Assembly: GCA_030141605.1 (NCBI GenBank)
Contig: JAQGDQ010000164.1
Coordinates: 372,001-436,000 of the forward strand
Reading direction: 5' to 3'
Source: Tubiluchus corallicola
Lineage: Eukaryota > Animalia > Priapulida
DNA: 64,000 nucleotides
Under the pieces are notes generated by a model. It had not been told where the DNA came from and made no database searches. It saw only the letters and a program-made list of their open reading frames with translations. Positions 56,301 through 64,000 of the stretch are shown one piece after another. The position numbers were made by a program, and so were the translations under genes. How positions within the stretch are numbered: the first letter of the stretch is position 1; the number at the start of each line of letters is the position of its first letter.

Positions 56301-59300
56301 TCACTTGTTTTTCCATTATCAGAGGCCAATAACTGTCCTCAGCGTAGAAACCAGTGATGAAAGGCCTGAGAGTTTGATCCATAAAAATAACGTAAAAGAA
56401 GCTTAATGTAGCCACGCATTCTTTGATCAGCAAAGGACTGCAGGGATCTGATCCCAAATCAGACCCGACAAATGATATTTTAGTTACCATATTGCTATAA
56501 AAAACTTCACAGTGATAGTCATCACGAACAACTATCATTTCATTAAGAACATTCACTTCGCTATTAATGTCAGCAATAAAGCTTTCATATTATGGATTAA
56601 GTCTTCAAGTCCACTTAGTCATACAACATTGTTATTACACACAATATTATTGTTAGGACAAAAAATAGAGAAATTATTTAAATGATTTGACGAGGTTTTA
56701 GCAGAGATAAATTTCAACAGTGGAAAACGCTTATTAATTACACTATTTGTACAGTTACACTATATATAGCTTTGTTTTAAGAATGTCTAGAAACAAAAAT
56801 TCTGCCAAAATACATGTAATATGATAACATTTATTTATTTGTAATTTATTTCATAACAGGTATGAGGTGATAGTAACCAGTTTATTCTCCAATATGTATT
56901 CTTAATTTGCATAATGTATAAATCCCTGAAAAATCTTTACCTTCCAAATGCCATAAAGGGCACCAAAATGTTTTAATAATGATGGTTAAACAGAGTACTC
57001 TCCAGTTTTTGTAATGGCATAGTTTCTAATTTATTCAGGTATTCCAAAATCCCAAATTCACCTGTTAACGTAGGATTTAAAAGTTTAAAATGGCAAATAA
57101 TTTTTAAAGCAAAACCGGACACAATCTTAAACTGTGGAAACAATCTACTCTTTAAAATATTGAAAGAAAACAGAATTATTACCACACGAACACAATTTAG
57201 CGTTCGCGCCACTAGTTCTTCAGTGTCACACACGTTTCGCTATTCGTTAGTTAGACAGGCACTAGTGCCTGCATTTTGGAAATGCATTGCACAAAAACAG
57301 GTGTTGTACCTCTTAGTTCAGATTTGTTAGTTCGTGGCGAACTGCACACTTTCGACAGAACATGCGTGAGCACAGCGATAAATTTAAAATTTGTATTTTT
57401 ATCTTAAAACTTGTCCATTTCAACACACTGAACATCTTCCAGTAGCACTGTACTTCAATTTATGCTTTTCCAACACACGCATGGAATATTTTTGCTATTG
57501 AAAATTATGTTAGTTTGTGATGTCATCAATAGCAGAGCTCGCCTGCCGTTAATTAATTATCAGATATACTTTGCAGTATTAATTGCGTTAAAATGTATAA
57601 CTTTTATCAGACTTGCAAATGAGGTAGTATAATTATGAAAAATCATCCCATCTTCCTTTAAACAAAATGGTATTTAAGCTATAAATGGTAACCAAAACGC
57701 TAACTTACTGTTGGCATAAGAATTATTGTCAAATTTCATAAAATAGCGGTACCCTCTGCAATCTTGCAGCAGACCACATTTAATGGTGCAGTCTAAACCT
57801 GCTGCTGATGCTGTTTGCACTCCTCATTCGTTGGCCACTAATGCTGCAGCTTATCGTTGTAAATAATACAACTTGGCTTCTTCTACAACCGCAAGACAAT
57901 TACTGTCACCCATCTCCATTTGCAGTGCACTGTCTCAGATAATTTACATCCCAGGAGATGAAGCCGGCCGAAAGGCGTGAAGCCAGGAACCAACATTTCA
58001 CCAAAATTTTCACGCGAATTCCCCAAACTTCCAGGTGTAATTAAGGTGATCTCTATTCACTAATGTAACAAACGGACGGGGAAGAATCAAATATTTATTG
58101 TTACTCCTAGAATAGCCTATATTAAATAATTTAGAAGCTGAACTAACAGGGCTCACCGCACTGTGCAGGCAAAGTGTAATCAATAAGCTACACTGTACAT
58201 AGATACCATAAACTATTATTTGGCCGAATTCAATTAGCGGTGGCTCATTAAAGGCTGCTTAGGGAACTGTTGTTTTGTCAACGACCTCTCCTAATGTCAT
58301 TATAAGTTTATAACGTCATGCGCAACGATCGCAATTTTAACATGCAAAAATTCAAAATTAAAGGAACAGCTAGGGATTTGCGTTCAGTGTTAAGAGCGAC
58401 GTGGTTTCGTAGGAAAGAGCCTCATCATTATTTCAGGACGTTTCAAAGCACCAAAACCTTGTTTTCAATCAATGCATCAGCAGCATACAATTTACACGAG
58501 AGCAATAATAAAAATCCTTTGTTTAGAGTTTACTTAAAAACACTATGAAAATCCCCCAAAAAAAGGATTCCGATAATATTACGCCTAAACTGACGTCTGA
58601 AGGCAATTTTGGCTGGAAGAAAGAAGCGTGAAAAAAACTGAAATAAGCTTACATTTGAACCATGGACGTTTAGATTACAAGCCCAATGTCAAGACTACTG
58701 GACCTCAAAGCACCTTAAATGAGACAATATTGTAAAATACGATTTCAAAAGCAATAATTCATGTATTTGCATGCTTAAAACACTAACTCAATTCAGCCAA
58801 TACTAAATAAATTATATTTCTGCAGAAATCTAACAAAACACACAGTACGTCCAAACACAATAAATGCTACACTGATTAAACTCAACCGGTACCCCACACA
58901 GCTAAATTTCCACTTGTTCAATTTTCCCATCGGTTTAATTTCGGCTGAAATTGAGTGATTAATAAGTAATACTGCAGTTAGTTTGAAGGTGATTGAAGAG
59001 AAGCTTTACAACAATTACTGCCAATCAAGTGCCATAGTTAATAATCTTGCAAGACAGCGATACATGCTGCAAAAATGACTTAATGCACAAGAAACAGGTT
59101 TAGTTTACATTCAAAAATAGACATAGAAGTTGACAATCATAAGCCGACAGCTACTTATCTTATAATGTCTGATGATTACCTGTCTGATGTCATTGTTTTC
59201 TTATTTTATGTTTTCTTTCGACTTCTTCTTTCCTTCTGTTTTCTTTCTACTAACTGCAACATGGCTCTTCTTTTCTCATCATCTACCTTCTTCATTCCTC

Positions 59301-59756
59301 ATTTCACATTTCATGGTAACAAGGTCCCCTTTTTAGCTACCACGAGGCAAACTTCAACACCTTAATACAGTATTTCTAGGAAGTCAGTATTAACTTTATT
59401 TTTTGCAGTTTTCAATTATACAAGATGTTCTACATGTATATTTGCATTATTGTAGTTTGCTGGTGAAATAAACTGAATTTGAATTTGATTATTAACGGAT
59501 TTAAGGCTTTGTAAACTTAAAAAAGAAACTTAAGTAATTTCACAGATTTTAATGCCAGATCTAACTAAGAACTGTTCTAAATTTCATACTTCGAGAAAGT
59601 TCGTAGTCACTCTGTCAGTCTGGTCAAGTACTGTGCTACTGTACATCTTTCAGCATGATGTGCAAAAACTCGGCAAATTTTAAGACAAAACATGAAATTT
59701 AATTTTACTGCTGTGGTCACGCATTAACTCTTGAATGTGTACTACATCACAAATTA

Positions 59757-60022
59757 ACACTTCTGAACTGAGACGTACAGCATGTTTTTATGTGTAATGC
59801 AATAAAAGATGCAGGTACTGATGCCCATCTAACTAACTAGCGAATAGCGAAAAACATACAACAATGAATAACTGGAAGTGCGAATGCGAAATTACAATTC
59901 TGTGGTAATAATTTTTTGAGGCATTCTTGAAAAAATAGTACCAAGATATGTTTACTTTCAATAATTTGTAGAACAGATTGTTTTGAGTTACAATTTTAAG
60001 ATTGGGTCCGGTTTTCCTTTAA
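59757..60022. mobile_element. Second diverged copy of the same Kolobok-like element (left boundary uncertain)
   Basis: Shares tgaactgaga..tacagca, cc(a/g)tctaacta, agattgttttgag and gattgggtccggttttcctttaa with 44427-44674. Confidence 0.6.
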
Positions 60023-61699
60023 AGAAACTGGCACAAAATTGACTGTTACATTATTTGACGACTACATGACAGTGTTTCAAGCAAATTTCTACGCCATACC
60101 ACTACAGGAAACCATTTATAATTTGTTCCTTTGACAGACTATTATACGAGAGCATTTTTAACCTCTTTCTATGCCAAATCATTACGCGTAAAAGCGTTTT
60201 CAACCCGGCTTTTACACCAATATCCGCAGCTTACTGGATAATGCTTCCTAGGCGTTTTCACAAACACTTGTGTCATCAGCAAAAAGCCAGCACATTTTTC
60301 CTGAAAGCATCATATAATCAATGCCATACTCGCTCAACCAAACCACGCTGATAAAGCGTATACACGATGTAGTCCTGTTCACAATATATCGATCTGAAGC
60401 ACTTTTGTAGAAATGTTGTACAATTCACAAAGAAGTCGTAATAGTTATTACATACATGTATAACGTACAAATGTAGAAAACAGTTGCAAAGTAAAGCAAA
60501 GTTCTACAACTGATTGTGCAATTTCTTATCTGGTTTAATTTAATACTAATTTATTAGACTTTAATATAAACTAATCTAAAGTTCGTGGATCTGAAAGCTA
60601 GTTACAAATTACTATAAAGTGTGGCAGATTTCGTCTCTGATAAAAAATAACAAAGAAAAATTGGTAATTGAAAAAATACATCAAAAGTATTCAACTATTC
60701 TACAATGAAACGTGACTTCTCGTTGTCACTCGCTGCTACCACCACCACTATCACTGCCAGGCACTTGTATTACCACCACCACCGTCATCACTGTCGTTTT
60801 CGCCATTACCATCACTAGCAACATTTCACTACAGCTGATAACTAACTTAGGTTATCGTCATCCATCCAATCATCTACATCACTACTACGAACACAATCAC
60901 TGATTATTACCGCTGCCATTCTGCAGCTGTTGCCACTATCATCACTAATACCGTCATCATCAACATTTTACCAACACAAACGTCAGTGGCAGTGTGGTAT
61001 AATAAAAACTGAAGACAACAGGTGAGATAAGCAAGAAACCCATGCAATGTTGGTGCTTTTTTGCAAATGAAGCCCTGTAAAACAACATCCCATGAAGCCT
61101 TGTATAAAACGTACTTATTATACATAAATGATCTATTGTTACTCCTCAATGTCACATAAAAGCTAATGCCTCGCATCAACTTGACTCCATAGCGTAGTAA
61201 TCTCTGCGGTTTAATCACGCGGCCCTGCCGCTAATGATTTTAAACGGCTTTGTCATGCAATACTGCAAGTCTGATCAGAGCGGATGCAAGTATCAGCAAT
61301 AGCACACGAAACAAACTCATCAGAACAGTTGTCGCACAACCGTGATCTTATGATGACTAGGATAAACTTTCAAAGAGAGCTCCGCGCTAATGAGAAAACG
61401 CATGTTTATTGGCATACGAGCAGGCAACAAGCTGGAAGGATGATGGAAATATGAGAGAAGTATGAGGACGGTTGATGGATCAGCCGAACCATATTGATCG
61501 TCACTCGCTCATTCCAGTTTGTCGAGTGTATCATCAACCGGGATCATCAAACATATGATTAACTGTACATGGGGGAAATGTATTGTGAAACACTGCCGGA
61601 TAGGAATGTTAACCAGAAAAAGATAAGAGGGTTTGATGAATGAACTCTCAGCCCTGGAGAGATAGTATTGTGTTGCTGCATTGTCAGGCAGTGCAATCA

Positions 61700-61998
61700 A
61701 GGACAGAGAGGGTTTACAGAAAGAGAGGAGGAGGAGAAAGGATAGAGGGAGAGAGAAATAGGAGAGGAATGGCAAAAGAGGGGAGACTGGGCAGAGGAAC
61801 AAAGAAGAGGAGGTAGGCAGAGAAATAAACAGGAAGAAGGGGGAAAGAGATCGAAAGAGAAAGACAAACATGGAGGATATGCTGAGAAAAATGGAAGAAA
61901 AGGGGACGGAGGAAAAGAGGTGAGGTAAAGTGAAAGGCAGAGGGGAGTGAGTGAGTGAGAGAGAGACAGAGAGAGAGGGAGAGAGAAAGAGAGAGAGA
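61700..61998. repeat. GA-rich low-complexity tract ending in (GA)n
   Basis: Directly visible purine-rich run. Confidence 0.8.
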
Positions 61999-62622
61999 TT
62001 TTTATTTAATCAGAAGTTTTATTTGCCTGTACTTGCAAGCATGAGACTAAAAACAGACTAAAACAAAAAAACTTGCAAAAACGTATATACACATAGACCT
62101 ATGTAAAAATGTATCAATAATAGCCACTTCACTAAAGTGGGTATATCCATACTGAATGAAGAGTTACGCATTTGTTCTTCATCAGCCTAATAGTCAACTG
62201 AAAATAACAAATTTTATTTGTCTTTATTTGCAAGCACGAGACTAAAAACAGTCTAATAGTCAATTGAGAAAAAAGAACATCATCTAAGTCCATCAATAAA
62301 CAGCTATAAATGAAAATTACAATGTCTCAGAGGAAATACACAGAGCAGTACATGACACGAATGAACAAATAAAATTGCAATAGAAAAATTCCTTACTACT
62401 GCACTGTTACGAATGAACAGAACATGCTTGGCAGGCATGTACCGCACATCGTTGACATACGTTTTTGGTTATTTTTACAAAAAAATAAATAAATAAAAGT
62501 CGTCTGGTAAGTAATGATGCTCAAGACGACTACTAACCAGAATGAACTGCTCTTCTTGTTCGATGAAAAGTTTCTGTTTTACCTGGACGCAAATACTTAT
62601 ATAGTAAAAGTTACCCTCCTGT

Positions 62623-62628
62623 TTTATT
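62623..62628 (-). terminator. Candidate poly(A) signal AATAAA of the cadherin-like gene
   Basis: TTTATT on the + strand, about 52 nt past the stop codon. Confidence 0.45.
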
Positions 62629-62680
62629 GTGAAAAAGTAGCCACTATTAAACATACTATTAAACTATGTATGTAGACAGT

Positions 62681-64000
62681 CTATTCAGTTCTTAAAAGAT
62701 TTATGATTAGCAGGACAATGATGACTAACATCACACCTCCCACAGCTGCAAGCAACATGGTGCCGTAGAACTTTCGACTGGAACCGTCATCGCTTTGCGT
62801 TTCTTCATTTTTAACAGCTCCCACAGAAAGACGTCGCAACGAGCGAGATTTAACCAACGTTACGACGACTCTAGCATAACTGCAACGTTTATCTTCGTAC
62901 AGTTCTTCATTTGGCTCATTACACGCTACCACATTGATATCAACCACTTTATCAGTGGCGTTCACTACACTGAGTTTCGTATAAACCTCTCCCTCTTTGT
63001 CGATTAAGAAATCACTGTTAGGGGGTAGCAGCTTGTATTGCAGATATGCGTTAGGATTTCCAACAATATGAGCTTTAAAGTTAGCGACACCTCTGTTAGG
63101 GCGGACGACGGTGCCACCCTTTTTGTCAATAGTTGCTGTAAAGAGACCTTGTTGAAATTTTGGGTTTCTGCTGTTTGTTCTTATCAACTGAATATCTAGA
63201 CTTGCTTCATCAGAAAATTTTCCATCATCAGCTTTAAGTACAAATGAGAAATGGTCCACACTACTTTTAAGGAAATCTTCAACTGTCCTCAACATGCCAG
63301 TAGAACTCACTGTCAGCACAAGTTTCTCACTAACCGTCTTTGGTCTTATATGGTATTTGATTTCATTTCCATCACGATCTGATGCAGAAACATAGCCAAT
63401 GCTACTCCCATTGGGCATGGTGTCCATTAAACGTAAAAAATAAGTTTTCTTGTCAAAAATTGGTTTATGGTTATTAATACAGCAGATTGTAATGTGTACA
63501 GATGTTGTAGTATAGGCAGTGTGATCAGAAAGTAACACAGCTCTGACTAAAATTAAATATTCAGCAAAATCTGTACCAGTATCCTGTGAACACACTTTAT
63601 TTTCTACTGTCATGTTACCCAAAACATGGTCAATATGAAACAAAGACTTATCTCCAGCAGGGTCATACTCTAATGCCGGTAAACTGTAACGGATTTCATG
63701 ATCTAACGAAGTATCATAGTCAACAGCACGTATTTTTTTAGGCTTTATATCTAATTTCATACGGCTGCTACTGTTAAATGCACTGCAGTTTGCCATGCCT
63801 TGGTAAGGTGAATCAAGAAATACAGGTTTTTGCATAACATCAGTGACAGTGATTTTAAGGGTTGTGGAATCTGACAAAGGAATGTCACCTCCATCATGAA
63901 CTTTTGCTATAACTGTGAAATTTTTCAGTACTTCATAGTTCAGCTTATGTTTCAATTTAACATGGCCTTCCCTCATATCTGGGATTTCAAGGTAGTGAGA
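62681..64000 (-). CDS. Cadherin-repeat type I membrane protein, 3' part (open at the window edge); about 3-4 cadherin-like repeats, one TM helix, 3-residue tail
   Basis: The frame stays open from 64000 (SHYLEIPD-MREG...). Motifs: LNYE, AKVHDGG, ITVTDVMQKPVF, IRAVDYD, NNHKPIF, VSASDRDG, KADDG. Hydrophobic segment TMLLAAVGGVMLVIIVLLIINLL precedes RTE*. Confidence 0.9.
   Translation of the reverse strand, partial: SHYLEIPDMREGHVKLKHKLNYEVLKNFTVIAKVHDGGDIPLSDSTTLKITVTDVMQKPVFLDSPYQGMANCSAFNSSSRMKLDIKPKKIRAVDYDTSLDHEIRYSLPALEYDPAGDKSLFHIDHVLGNMTVENKVCSQDTGTDFAEYLILVRAVLLSDHTAYTTTSVHITICCINNHKPIFDKKTYFLRLMDTMPNGSSIGYVSASDRDGNEIKYHIRPKTVSEKLVLTVSSTGMLRTVEDFLKSSVDHFSFVLKADDGKFSDEASLDIQLIRTNSRNPKFQQGLFTATIDKKGGTVVRPNRGVANFKAHIVGNPNAYLQYKLLPPNSDFLIDKEGEVYTKLSVVNATDKVVDINVVACNEPNEELYEDKRCSYARVVVTLVKSRSLRRLSVGAVKNEETQSDDGSSRKFYGTMLLAAVGGVMLVIIVLLIINLLRTE

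Noticed and set aside
62034-62256. ~29-bp direct repeat (ttgcaagca(t/c)gagactaaaaacag(a/t)ctaa) as LTR or TSD
   Set aside because: Too short for LTRs and no element features between the copies; probably a local duplication.

Overview
AT-rich, intron-rich eukaryotic DNA, most likely from an invertebrate animal (PMCA exon structure plus a cadherin-repeat gene). Three protein-coding genes were rebuilt by hand from GT-AG splice sites and reading-frame phase. (1) On the + strand, the last five exons (154-3758) of a hybrid cluster protein (HCP/prismane, 'hydroxylamine reductase') gene with all C-terminal cluster-ligand motifs intact. This family is known mainly from anaerobic prokaryotes and some microbial eukaryotes, so an intron-containing copy between animal genes is the most striking result. 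(2) On the - strand, a complete plasma-membrane Ca2+-ATPase (PMCA/ATP2B): ATG at 53384, 19 core exons, about 1220 aa. It has a 42-nt site-A cassette and a complex site C: two alternative last exons that both end in class I PDZ ligands, a 69-nt cassette, and a 24-nt microexon (AIAMIQTQ) that rebuilds the IQTQ|IRVVNAFR junction. (3) On the - strand, the 3' part of a long-exon cadherin-repeat membrane protein with almost no cytoplasmic tail (62681 to the window edge). The introns hold several MITEs (piggyBac-like, hAT-like with 6-bp TSD, Kolobok-like pair, pogo-like), tRNA-derived SINE relics, microsatellites, and 19-bp and ~53-bp tandem arrays. Family assignments rest on motifs recalled from memory; no database search was run.
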